Assembly: GCA_951406725.2 (NCBI GenBank)
Contig: OX597826.1
Coordinates: 75,950,001-76,014,000, forward strand
Origin: Octopus vulgaris
Taxonomy: Eukaryota
Length of the DNA stretch: 64,000 nucleotides
Reading direction: 5' to 3'
Part shown: in pieces, positions 34,380-48,855 of the stretch
Layout: each line of letters begins with the position of its first letter
Position numbering within the stretch: position 1 is the stretch's first letter
Notes under the pieces: generated by a model
Told to the model about the DNA's origin: nothing
Database searches by the model: none
What the model saw: the letters and a program-made list of their open reading frames with translations, nothing else
Translations under genes and position numbers: made by a program

Positions 34380-34765
34380 TAATAATAATAATAATAATGA
34401 AATTATTGTATACAGTGCTCAGGTGCACCACAACTTCTCAAAAGTGCGTATAAAGCATATGCAGTAATGTACAAATGTCTGGGAAATGAACAGTGTATGA
34501 GTCAGATACATGCTTGCGTGTGTATGGAGGGGAGAAAATCAGGTGTAGTGTTGGCGAATCTCAGGAAGCATGGAAGTTTTGAAGGATGCAGTGCTCCGAC
34601 AACTAACAACTGATGCCGGCAGTTTGTTCCATGCTTCAGCAACTCTCAGCGTAAAAAATTGTTTCCAAAAGTCATGGCAGGAGCTGTGCTGTTTTTTGAC
34701 TTTGTAAACATGTCCACAGGTGTTAGACAGGTGGAGTTTGAAAAGGTGCTCAGAGTTATTGTTTG
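34380..34765 (-). mobile_element. CR1-type LINE 3' fragment
   Basis: Reverse complement of 54420-54785. Confidence 0.85.
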
Positions 34766-35518
34766 TTCTGGTTTAACGATTCCGCAAGCTTGTCGTCTTT
34801 CAACAATCAACTAATAATAAGGGTAATTTCTAAATTAAACCCGTCACATTATCTGGAGGGAGGAAGCATTTGATAAAATAAACCACAGTGGTTGCAGAAT
34901 TTAATTATCAGAAAAAAAAGGGATTATATTGAGGAATTCCTTCCATCCAAGAGCCCACCTGAACTCTAAAAGCAAAAGTTCCCCCCCACATTGTCCTTCG
35001 AACTCCCAGTAAGGGTTCGATCTTCTATAAGCAGTCGTCTTGCCATAAATAAGGAACTTTCACCCCATACTCACACACACCCACATACACGACCAAATAT
35101 GTCCGTCAATAGATTCCTCCATTTCTTTCCCCATCTCTATCTCTCTTTCTCTCTTCTCCCCTCTCACTCTCTCTCTCTCTCTCCACCTCACCCTTACCCT
35201 CTCTTCATTCCACAATGAACAAATATGAATATTGGCCATACGTTTGTTGCCTAAAAGCTGATCTGTAGGATAACGACGAGGGGAAAAAAAAGTGATTAAT
35301 CTAAGGGACTTAACTCTGATAGGCTTACGAGACAGTTTTCTTTTTACTGCCATCCATGAGTGACATGGCAGTTTTTCCAAATTTCTGAGACCCATAAACC
35401 AGATATGGTGGCTGAGAGCTCTTTCAATATTGATGTACCCTTCCTCAGTTTGGAGGTTCTTCAATATGAAACCGTTCAGTAACACGATATATTTATATAC
35501 ATTATACACACACACATT

Positions 35519-35574
<56 letters not shown>

Positions 35575-35585
35575 TATATATATGA

Positions 35586-35815
35586 AGGCGGCGAGCTGGC
35601 AGAAACGTTAGCACGCCGGGCGAAATGCGTAGCCGTATTTCGTCTGCCGTTACGTTCTGAGTTCAAATTCCGCCAAGGTCGACTTTGCCTTTCATCTTTT
35701 CGGGGTCGATAAATTAAGTACCAGTTACGCACTGGGGTCGATATAATCGACTTAATCCGTTTGTCTGTCCTTGTTTATCCCCTCTGTGATTAGCTCCTTG
35801 TGGGTAGTAAAGAAA
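35586..35815 (+). mobile_element. tRNA-derived SINE, family B (representative copy)
   Basis: GGCGGCGAGCTGGCAGAA...GAGTTCAAATTCC (B box)...GTCGACTTTGCCTTTCATCC. Other copies at about 13015-13630, 21675-22070, 24812-25030, 30460-30740, 33805-33980, 36890-37100, 40490-40810, 49257-49470 and 57260-57655. Confidence 0.85.
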
Positions 35816-35844
35816 TATATATATATATGTATGTATATATATGG

Positions 35845-36195
35845 GTTTTCTCACTGCCTGAGTTAGAGAAGAAGTTCCAGGTATGGAAGCAAGGTCTAGA
35901 ATCAAAGGGCCTTAGGGTTAACCTTACAAAAACCAGTCATAGTAAATAGGAAGGCAGACAAATCACAAATCCTTTCAGGTAGATGGCCCTGCTCAATCTC
36001 TAGAAAAGGTGTAGGTATAAACTCCGTAAGATGCGCCCAATGTAAGCTTTGGACACATAAAAGGTGCAGCAACATCAGAGGAAAGTTAACAGGGATACAA
36101 ACTTTTGGTATGAGGAAGGTGTACAGGTACAATAAATGCTGAAAATGCACAGAAAATAGACTCCATCATCTGCCAGTGGGGCAAGCTAGAGGCCC
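35845..36195 (+). mobile_element. RTE-type LINE RT fragment (decayed)
   Basis: Translates to ELEKKFQVWKQGLESKGLRVNL.. and ..SGRWPC..RKGVGINSVRCAQCKLWTHKRCSNIRGKL, with frameshifts. Confidence 0.7.
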
Positions 36196-37348
36196 CCTCC
36201 ACAAAAATTTCAGGCCTTGTACCTAGAGTAGAAAAGAATATATATATATATCAAAAGGATGTGTTATAATTCTATTCCAGAGCCATACCAACAATCCAAT
36301 GATACTATTCCACAAATACAAAACAGCCAAGTCGATGAGTTGAGAGATTTGACTCATTGAGAAGATCCCTGTTGTAATTTTGCAACGAGCCAGCTTTGAT
36401 TGAGCTAGCCATGACTTACTGATCCCTTTGTAATTCAGCCCCAGGTTTTATGATCATAGACATTCCAAAAAAGACCATTGCAACATTTTTTTATTCAGCC
36501 TTTCACATTACATGTATTTTTTTTATTGTAGGTAATGCATTTGTATTTGCATATACATGCATGTATGTGTATGTGTGTATATGCATGTATATACACATTC
36601 TGTTCTGAAACTTGTAAACGCATAATTTACCTGTGATTTCTAGCAGATAAAGAGTCCACAGAGCTCCTTTCTATTTAAAAGAAGCAAAAATGATTTAAAA
36701 TGAAAAAAGCCAAACAAACCAACTTGTGACAAGATTTCATTTCAGAAAACATTCTTTATTAAGAAAAAAGCAGTAATTATACAAAAGATATATATTTAAA
36801 TATGTATAACAAACCGTGGATTTATCTTTGAATATCCATGAACAAAATAATGATCATAGTAGGCATAGTAGTAGTACTAGTAATAATGTGCTCAAATTTT
36901 GCCACAAGGGCAGCAATTTGGGAGGAGGGGGTAAGTCACTTACATTGACCACAGTACACAACTGGTACTTATTTTATCAACCCTGAAAGGATGAAAGGTA
37001 AAGTCGACCTTGGCGGAATTTGAACTCAGAACGTAGCGATGGGCAAAATACCGCTAAGTATTTCATCCAGCACGTTAACGAGTCTGCCAGCTTGCCACCT
37101 TAATAATAATAATAATAGTAATAATAACAATAATAATAATAACAACAACAACATTTTTAAAAATACTAAATTTTCTACATTATTTCTGATTTTAATATAA
37201 AGTAGTTGATATATAAACTTTGCCTAGTTATAACCATTTCAGTATTTTGTAAAAAATATAAAACAAAATATTCCCTGTATATTTGACACTCGGTTTCACA
37301 AAATTACCATATATATTTCTATGTATAGTAATCTGCATACTACATATA

Positions 37349-37392
<44 letters not shown>

Positions 37393-38018
37393 ACATATAA
37401 ATATAAAACTATATGTAAATAGTATATAATATAAAAGCAATATATTATATATATTAATTGTATGATAATATATAAATAACAGAATGCATTTATAATATAA
37501 ACATACATATATAGAGATATAGATGTATACATATATATTTATATATGCAAATATATATATACTTTATATATACACATATATATTCATACATATATACACA
37601 CACACATATATATATATAAAAACACACAAATATACCTATATATATGTGTGTGTGTGTGTGTAGAGAGAGAGAGAATTCACAAAAGAACAAAAGACGAAGA
37701 CAGGTGGTGTAGACAACAAACAGATGTATTATTATGTGTGCATATGAGTATGTATATATATATATTAGTATAATGTGTGCATATACGTATATATATATAT
37801 AAACATGTATATGTGTGTGTGTGTGTGTATGCACATATACTTATATATATATATACATATATATATGTGTGTATATATATATGTGTATGTGTGTGTGTGT
37901 ATGCATATAAATGTATACACCGTCAACATGGCCTGAGCCAATACTACCCGGAACTGGATTACATATGTATGTGCACAACTACAGACATACATACATACAT
38001 ATATATACACACACACGC

Positions 38019-38053
<35 letters not shown>

Positions 38054-38649
38054 CACACACACACATACGTTTTTATATCCACATGAAAGATTAAAATGAG
38101 AAGCTATCCAGCAGGTGATGAGAACACCTGCTGTGCTGTTTCAAACCCTAGCCCTGTCTTCTTGGATCTCTTTACACTATCACATATGCAATATTCCCTG
38201 GCTTGTGTACTGCTTCTTCAAAGTGTGACACCCTTTGCATCACTCAGCCACCCTGGTATCACAAGATAAGGTTAACACATTTTGTTTGGCTTTTGAAGCC
38301 TTTCGCATTCAGTTTATGACATTACATATATTTTTTTTTATTGTAGTACTACATTTGCATATATACATGCATGTATGTGTATGTGTGCATATGCATGTAT
38401 ACATACATATAAGTGTATATGTGCAATACGTATAATTTAATGTGCACTGTATTAAAATAAGAGTTGCTAATAGTTTCTTGTGGGTCGTTATACTGTGCCG
38501 TGTGTCTCCAAGCAATCTATAGGCTCTGAACACATGGTTTGTTCTATTTGAAAAACAAGATGCTGGTACATGAGACACCATGAGAAAATACCTTCTTTCC
38601 TGATCCTGCCTTAACAGAACAGTAAACTACATATAAATGTGTGTATGTG

Positions 38650-38687
<38 letters not shown>

Positions 38688-38800
38688 TATCATCACTTAA
38701 TAATGTTCGTTGTCCATGCTGGTCAAACCATCCAACCCATGCCAGTATGGACAACAGACATTAAATGATGACAATGATGATATATATAATGTATATATAT

Positions 38801-39277
38801 AACACTACAAAATTAGAAAATGGAGAAACATACTTAAATCAATCCAATATCAACCATCAGATGATACCCAATCAATACTTTATTACACCATTACATAACA
38901 GTAAAGGCATTATACAAAATATATAGTAAATATAATTAGACAATGAAATAGACATATAAAATATAAAATATAATATATAATTATATCATAGTGGGGCATC
39001 CTTGTTAATGTCTCATTTATACCTGCCTTATATGGCTTATAGGTTAAATGAGGCATGCTTGCCCTTACGGCCGAAACAGCTGTCAGATATGATATAATTA
39101 TATATTATATTTTATATTTTATATGTCTATTTCATTGTCTAATTATATTTACTATATATTTTGTATAATGCCTTTACTGTTATGTAATGGTGTAATAAAG
39201 TATTGATTGGGTATCATCTGATGGTTGATATTGGGTTGATTTAAGTATGTTTCTCCATTTTCTAATTTTGTAGTATT
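38801..39277. repeat. Near-perfect 190-bp inverted repeat with 97-bp spacer
   Basis: 38801-38990 versus 39088-39277; only two mismatches seen by eye. Confidence 0.92.
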
Positions 39278-39844
39278 AATTTACGGTAATAATTTTACCT
39301 TTGCCCACATAATACAGTAGATGAACTAATTGCATGGCAATTTTTAACATTTATGTATTAGTCTTGTTGGGTACCTCTTTAGCAGTATATTGGATATATG
39401 TTATCCCATGGCGGGTTGAATTTTCAACCCCTATCTCATTTTATAATGTATATATATATATATACATACACATATAGGCTCAGGAGTGGCTGTGTGGTAA
39501 GTAGCTTGCTTACCAACCACATGATTCTGGGTTCAGTTCCACTGTGTGACACCTTGGACAAGTGTCTTCTACTATAGCCTCGGGCCAACCAAGGCCTTAT
39601 GAGTGGATTTGGTAGATGGAAACTGAAAGAAGCCCAGCGTATATATGTATATGGATATGTGTGTCTGTGTTTGTCCCCACCAACATCGCTTGACAACCAA
39701 TGCTGGTGTGTTTATGTCCCCGTAACTTAGCAGTTCGGCAAAAGAGACCGATAGAATAAGTACTAGGCTTACAAAGAATAAGTCCCGGGGTCAATTTCTT
39801 CTGGCCGCAGTCAAATGACTGAAACAAGTAAAAGAGAATATACA

Positions 39845-39899
<55 letters not shown>

Positions 39900-40315
39900 T
39901 CATCGTCGCTGTCCACTCTCTATGCTGGCACAGGTTGGACAGTTTAACTGAGGACTGGCAAGCCAGAAGGCTTCACCCGGCTCCAGTCTTATCTGGCAAA
40001 GTTTCTACAGCTGGATGCCCTTCCTAACGCCAACCACTCTGAGAAAGTAGTGGGTGCTTTTTACATGCCAGTGAGAATTATACTCCGTATATAGCACAAC
40101 TGCTTAGCACTCAAAGTTAATTTTCAGGAAACCTATATTTTGAATTTCACTCCTACCATGTATTTTCAATTCATCTTAATCATTTTATTTCAGTTCAGCT
40201 CATCTTTTATCTAATTCATTCAAGCGATCTTATATAAAATGCAAACTGGTACAGTGTAACTGAACTTTGATGGCTATGAACCAACGCACCAAATGTGATC
40301 CTTACCGAATATTAG

Positions 40316-40403
40316 TATCCCTGATGAAGAAAATAGTCATAATGGAATGGATTTTAAATTGATACCTACCCTTACCACTATGTTCCTGAAACAAGCGTAG
40401 GAC
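40316..40403 (+). ncRNA. Type I hammerhead ribozyme-like motif (Penelope-type)
   Basis: TCC-CTGATGA-AGAAAATAGT...ACTATGTTCCT-GAAA-C-AAGC-GTA-GGA: intact core boxes, short stem I, long stem II, minimal stem III. Confidence 0.55.
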
Positions 40404-41403
40404 GTATACATTAATTTGAACTTCTCCCTTCGAACTTTCCATATACTCTTGTGAGCTTTAATAGTCTTTTCTACTCTAGGCATAATACTGATAAGCATTT
40501 CGCCCAGCATGCTAACGTTTCTGCCAGCTCACCACCTTAATAAAAACGATGATGGTGGTGGTAGTGGTGGTGGTGGCTGTGATGATGATGATGATCTTTT
40601 CTACTCTAGGCACAAGGCCTGAAATTTTGGGGGAGTGGGCCAGTCGATTAGATTGACCCCAGTACGCAACCCGTACTTAATTTATCAACACCAGAAGGAT
40701 GAAAGGCAAAGTCAACCTTGGTGGAATTTGAACTCAGAATGTAAAGAGAGATGAAATACCACTAAGCATTTCGCCCAGCATGCTAACGTTTCTGCCAGCC
40801 AGCTGGCTTTATGTGAGCTTTAATATTAGCACCTCTAATGAGATGAACCGATCCTGTATGTACAAATTTATATGAGGTGATATATATTTTTCTGAAGCAT
40901 TTAATGGATTGAAGTTTTACTTTTCATATACAGACTGATAACCCAGAATTTTGTCTCAAATCCAGAATCTTCCATAATATCATCATCATCATTTTTCCAT
41001 ACTGGCATGGGTTGGACGGTTTCACTGAGTTCTGGAGAGCCAGTGGCTGTACCAGGCTCCAATCTGATCTGGCAAGGTTTCTAAAGCTGGATGCCCTTCC
41101 TAATGCCAACCACTCTGAGAGTGTAGTAGATGCTTTTTACGTGTGACCAGCACAGGAGCCAGTCATGTAGGCCTGGCATCGATCACGTTTGAATAGTGCT
41201 TTTTATGTGCCATCGGCATGGGGTTCAGTCAGAGAGTGCTGGCATCAACCACCTTCCGATGGTACTTTTTACTTGCCACTGGCACAGGAGCCATATATTG
41301 TGAACTTGGATCTTAGTAGTTTATCACTTGGAGCACTCAGGCAGTGTACCTATTAATTTAGATCACCAGTGGCCTAAACCCTTCCTATTTTGTATGTGTA
41401 TGT

Positions 41404-41434
<31 letters not shown>

Positions 41435-41442
41435 GATATATG

Positions 41443-41780
41443 CAACACCCGTGGACATATTTACAAAGTCAGAAAACAGCAGAGCTCCCATGACTTCAGG
41501 AAACATTTTTTCACGCTCAGAGTTGCTGAAGCATGGAACAAACTGCCAGCATCAGTTGTTAGTTGTCGGAGCACTGCATCCTTCAAAACTTCCATGCTTT
41601 CTGAGATTCACCAACACTACACCTGATTTTCTCCCCTCAATACACACGCAAGCATGTATCTGACTCATACATTGTTCGCTTTCCAGACATTTCTACATTA
41701 CTGCATATACTTTATATGCACTTTCTGACAAGTTGTGGTGCACCTGAGCACTGTATACAATAATTTCATTATTGTTATTA
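41443..41780 (+). mobile_element. CR1-type LINE 3' fragment
   Basis: NTRGHIYKVRKQQSSHDFRKHFFTLRVAEAWNKL plus the 3' UTR. Confidence 0.85.
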
Positions 41781-42212
41781 TGTATGATACACACATAGTG
41801 ACATTCACAGAATGACCAAATAAAGAAGAGAACAGGTGAAGAGAATAAAACAGAAAGCATCTTTATTTCATTCAGTTACATACACTGGGTTGTATAAATC
41901 TGTAGGTATTTAATAAGTTTAAGTTCATTTAATTATTCACTAATAACAATTTCATATATTTTTCTTAGATAAGTATATATATATAGTTATATAACTGGTT
42001 TCAAAATTTTGGCACAAGGCCAGCAATTTTAGGAGTGGGAAATAAATGATTACATCAACCCCAGTATTCAACTGGTATTTATTTTATTGACTCCCGAAGG
42101 GATGAAAGGTAACATCAATTTCGGCAAAATATGAACTGAGAATGTAAAGAGCATTTTGTCTGATGTGCAAATGGTTCGGCCAACTTACAGAGCTATATAT
42201 ATACATACATAT

Positions 42213-42244
<32 letters not shown>

Positions 42245-42330
42245 TATATATACATACATATATATACACACATATACATACATATATATATACATACATA
42301 AACATACATACACATATATACATACATATT

Positions 42331-42371
<41 letters not shown>

Positions 42372-42485
42372 ATATTTCGGAATGGTCATATTGCCAGTTT
42401 AGCCAATAAAAACACACGCACTATATATTTGGTGTTATTTTGCTTCAGTGATATTTATTATTTACATTAATCTTAATCTTATTTC

Positions 42486-42530
42486 GGCCAAAGTTCTTTC
42501 GTCACACTCCTGTGACCGCATCAGTGGTCC
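42486..42530 (-). ncRNA. Hammerhead ribozyme-like motif (core variant)
   Basis: Minus strand GGACCA-CTGATGCG-GTCACA-GGAG-TGTGAC-GAAA-GAAC-TT-TGGCC; perfect 6-bp stem II, with C at the A9 position. Confidence 0.45.
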
Positions 42531-42621
42531 TTTGTTTTCTTCTCACTTACTTGTGTCTCTCCTTACTAACCGTCAGCCATTTTGTCAGCCATAAAAAATC
42601 TTGCACAACAAATATTTAAAC

Positions 42622-42721
<100 letters not shown>

Positions 42722-43058
42722 AGGCACATGGCTCAGTGGTTAGAGCATTGAGCTTAAGATTGTGAGTTCGATTCCCGGATGAGGCTGTGTGTTGTGTTCT
42801 TGAGCAAAACACTTTATTTCACGTTGCTCCCTTTTGCTCAGCTGTAGAAATGAGTTGTGACATCACTGGCGCCAAGCTGTATCGGCCCCTTTGCCTTTCC
42901 CTTGGATAACATCAGTGGTGTGGAGAGGGGAGGCTGGTATGCATGGGTGACTGCTGGCCTTCCACAAACAACCTTGCCTGGACTTGTACCTCGGAGAGTA
43001 ACTTTCTAGGTGCAATCCCATGGTCATTCATGACCGAAGGGGATCTCAGTATATATAC

Positions 43059-43089
<31 letters not shown>

Positions 43090-43587
43090 TGTACATATAT
43101 ACGCATGCATGCACATACACACATGCATGCACACACACACACACACACACAAAAGCACTTTATTGGAATTTAAGATGATATTCTAGAATCCAAGTTTCCC
43201 GTTGACCAATAACCAGCATTTATTCCACAAGGACCTATATCACAAAGGACACTCTGACATATCAGCTGACAGAATGAGGTATGAGATCACAGATAGAACA
43301 AGATGTTGACTCTTCCAACATGAATTTCTGCACACAAATTCAGGAAAAAGTAATCATTCATTGATGATAGCGTCGATTATCTCCCTTGTTACTGTGTAGT
43401 GCAAATAATTTAATTTTATTTAATCCCAAATGGTAATGTATCCTTTTGTGATTTTAAATTCTCGCTGAATAATTGTTGACATCCACCAACATGAAACCTT
43501 AGGTTCTAGAATATTGGCATAAATTCCATTAAAGAATTTGTAATCCACCTTCGTGGTGTTGAATACTTTTTACTAGCCTATTAAGAT

Positions 43588-43627
<40 letters not shown>

Positions 43628-43700
43628 ATGTGCAACACTTTAACAATAACTTTGTCACTGCTCAAGAGCTGGAGCACTGCCGTTATGTATGTGTGTGTGT

Positions 43701-43761
<61 letters not shown>

Positions 43762-43974
43762 TAGACATACATACATGCATTCATACATACATACATTAGT
43801 TAATTATTCTTTTGCTACATGTAGGTTTATACATGTAAATTACACATGCAATCAGTCAAGTAATAATTGGTAAGTGGTTGTGCTGCAATGGTGTGAAGCA
43901 TCAATTCCCAGTAAATATAAGATCTATGCCATGTATTGAGTACTCACTTTAGCTTTCATTTGTATATACATACA

Positions 43975-44017
<43 letters not shown>

Positions 44018-44024
44018 TATAATA

Positions 44025-44055
<31 letters not shown>

Positions 44056-46059
44056 GCAACAAAACCTTTTATATGCTATAAAAACCCCAAATAAACTTTT
44101 ACCCTTATTACTTGGTACTAATTGTTTTATTATAAGTTGTTCCTTATGTAACTAAGGATCAAAATCACACGATTGCCTTAAGATTAGAATGTTAGTTCAT
44201 TAAATCATTTAAATTTAAACCCATACATGCACGACCATGCTGGAGCAATTCCATAATTATATTTGTACTGTAGTTGCTGTCCTAACCTTGTTTCTGTATC
44301 AAATGAAATTGTGTCCTGTTATAGTTCGGTATTTTTTTCTGATAGAGCGTGTTATATTTGTTGTTTTGCTTCACATCAACCCACGTTTAGCAGACATAGG
44401 ACCGAAGGTATTCCAGTTTGGCTCATCCTGCCTCTTCCCAATGCACATGGAACTCAAATTACATATCCAGCGTGTGCCTTGTTATGGTGGAAGTATTAGA
44501 TTTGAGGGAGATCTGGCTGTTTTTGCAAGCAGGTTGAACAGATTCATAGAGGTTTCCTTGTTGGATTGTGTTTTTGCTGTGTTGCCCTCATCATCTGATC
44601 ATAAACTTATCTATACCATTGACTAACAATTACAATTAAACAAAAGACTCAGCTTATCTCTGAGTTCTTAAACTTTCATATGGATGCCAACTTTCAGACT
44701 GATATGGTTTTCACTTTAATACTTCTATATTCTTATTTAGTGTTTCAATTAATATTGGTTTCAAATTTTGGCACAATTCTGGGATAGGAAGTAATGTTAG
44801 GCTGGTTTACCAATGTTAAGCTAATATGTATTTTATCAACCTCGAAAGTATGAAAACCAAAGTCAACCGAGGTGGAATTTGAACTCAGAACATGAAGACA
44901 GACAAAATGCCACAAAGCATTTTGCCTGGCATGCTGACAGTTCTACCAGCTTGCTTCCTTACCGTTTCAGTTAATAATGAAAATTACCAAAAAAGATTTG
45001 TAAGGGTTTAGTAGAATATTAAGCTTAGTCAATATTGATCTCATGTTTGGCTCTTACCATAAAAGGTTCTTACCATAAAATTATGATGGAAGGCCTTAAT
45101 TCAAACAGGAATCCTTTAACATTGATAAATTTCTATCAGATATCTAGAGACAGTGTTAAGTGGATTAGTATAAAAAGGGTTAAGAGATTATAAGTATTTT
45201 TCAAAGTAGATTTGGCTTCCAAACTGAGGCAGCTATGTAACGGTAGACAGAATCGTTAGAGACATGAAACAATTAAGGATATAAAATACACATCTTGGTA
45301 GGATGTCTGTACAGTTTGTTTGAGCAGCTCAAATTGAACTGGTCAAACTTCTTTCTAAAAACTACCCTGCAGATTTATATAATCTCTATAGGTTTGTTCC
45401 ACCAGGTCAGTCCCAGCATAACAAACCTGTAATCAAAAGCCTTCCACACATAACCACCTTGACTTATAATCAGGAATATCATACCAAGGATAATGACATT
45501 TCAGGTTCTCTTCCTGGTTTAAAGACAGATTTGGCATCTACACAGATATTGCGCAGAGACTGCATATAAGTCCATTCCTGGTCTTGTGGTCCCTCATTTT
45601 AAGTGCAAAAAGGAACTAATTAAGGAAAATTTAACTGTGAAGCAGAGAACCTCAAATGGCTGGGTGTATAAGATTCCTGATTCTCTTATTCTTAATTTCT
45701 ATGTTACAACTCACCAGGGATTGTAGAAGATGCAGTGAGTGAAATCTTAGATAATAGCATGTCTAAGCTCTTTTATACTCTTCAGTGGAATGTTCCTTAT
45801 ATTCCTGATGACCAACGAATGGCAAATAAAGCACCAATGGCCTCCAAAAGTCAAGCTATCGAAATATTAAAACAATAAAATATATATAAAAAAACAAAAA
45901 CAAGGCACGTCAGTTTTCACAGAGCAGAAGGAGGTTCAATACAAAATGCAATAATGGCCATTTCTAGCCTGCTTCTGTAGCCTCAAAGAGTCACTTTTCC
46001 TCTCTGTCTTTCTCAGAAACCTATATCTATCAGAAATTGGGTTTTTTTGTGCGCTTATA

Positions 46060-47390
<1,331 letters not shown>

Positions 47391-47566
47391 GTGATAATAT
47401 ATGACAACAAAACATAAACGTATGGAATGGGTGTATACTAAGTGCTCTATATTTCTGTTTTTTTTTTATTTTTCCTGAAATTTGAATCTTTTTTCTTTTT
47501 TAACAAAAAAAAACCGTTTTCATTTGTTTCTATTGTTTAAAATATGTTTTCTTTTCCTTTCACGTA

Positions 47567-47748
47567 TTAGAAATTTTCTGAAAACCCTTGTTTATTAAGC
47601 CTTCCAGTTTTAGCATCGTTAATTGCTCCCCAGAGATCAAAGATGAAATCATCAGCAAATCCAAAAGCTTCGAGGTCCGATGCATCTACGGCCATGGCGA
47701 AGTCATGCGGATTCTCTTGTTTGTTTCCAATCTCCCAGATGTTTTGAG
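47567..47748 (-). CDS. GIPC1: GIPC family last coding exon, GH2 domain (AQNIWEIGNKQENPHDFAMAVDASDLEAFGFADDFIFDLWGAINDAKTGRLNKQGFSENF*)
   Basis: TCTTTTTCAG| phase 1 matches the upstream exon; matches the GIPC C-terminus F-x-F-x-D-x-F-x-FD-x-WGAI-x-DAK-x-GR; TAA at 47567-47569. Upstream exons (GH1, PDZ) were not found up to 64000. Confidence 0.92.
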
Positions 47749-47799
47749 CTGAAAAAGACAGATTGCAATTTAATATATATATGATATAAATATATAATC

Positions 47800-48855
47800 T
47801 TTTATACTCTAGGCACAAGGCCCGAAATTTTGAGGGAGGGGTGGGGGGCAGTCAATTAGATCAACCCAAGTACGCAACTGGTGCTTAATTTATCGACCCC
47901 GAAAGAATGAAAGGCAAAGTTGACCTCGGCGGAATTTGAACTTAGAATGTAAAGACAGATGAAATACCTATTTCTTTACTACCCACAAGGGGTTACACAC
48001 AGAGAGGACAAACAAAGACAGACAAACGGATTAAGTCGATTACATCGACCCAGTGCATAACTGGTACTTAATTTATCAACTCAAAAAGGATGAAAGGCAA
48101 AGTTGACCTCGGTGGAATTTGAACTCAGAACGTAACGGCAGATGAAATATCTATTTCTTTACTACCCACAAAGGGCTAAACACAGAGAGGACAAACAAGG
48201 ACAGACAAACGGATTAAGTCGATTACAACGACCCCAGTGCGTAACTGGTACTTAATTTATCGACCCCAAAAGGATGAAAGGCAAAGTTGACCTCGGTGGA
48301 ATTTGAACTCAGAATGTAAAGACAGACGAAATACCGATTTCTTTACTACCCACAAGGAGTTAAACACAGAGAAGACAAACAAGGACAGACAAACGGATTA
48401 AGTCGATTATATCGACCCCAGTGCGTAACTGGTACTTATTTAATTGACCCCGAAAGGATGAAAGGCAAAGTTGACCTCAGTGGAATTTGAACTCAGAATG
48501 TAAAGACACGAAATACCACTAATCATTTCGCCCAGCATACTAACTTTTCTGTCACATATGATGTACATAATGTATTCTTTTCTCCTCTAGGCACAAGGCC
48601 CAAAATTTTGGGAGTGGGGGCCAGTCAATTTGATCAACCCTAGTATGCAACTGGTACTTAATTTATCGACCCCGAAAGGATGAAAGGCAAAGTTGACCTC
48701 AGTGGAATTTGAACTCAGAATGTAAAGACAGACGAAATACCACTAAGCATTTCGCCCAGCATGCTAACTTTTCTGCCATCTCTCTGCCTTTCGGTAGCTA
48801 TAAATTTTTTTCTACTCTAGGCAACAGGCCCGAAATTTTGGGGCTGGGGCCAGTA
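47800..48855 (-). mobile_element. Tandem multimer of family B SINE units in the last GIPC intron
   Basis: Unit of about 180 bp (GGATGAAAGGCAAAGTTGACCTC..GGAATTTGAACTCAGAA..CTTTACTACCCACAAG) repeated head to tail about 4 times, plus a further partial copy. Confidence 0.88.
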
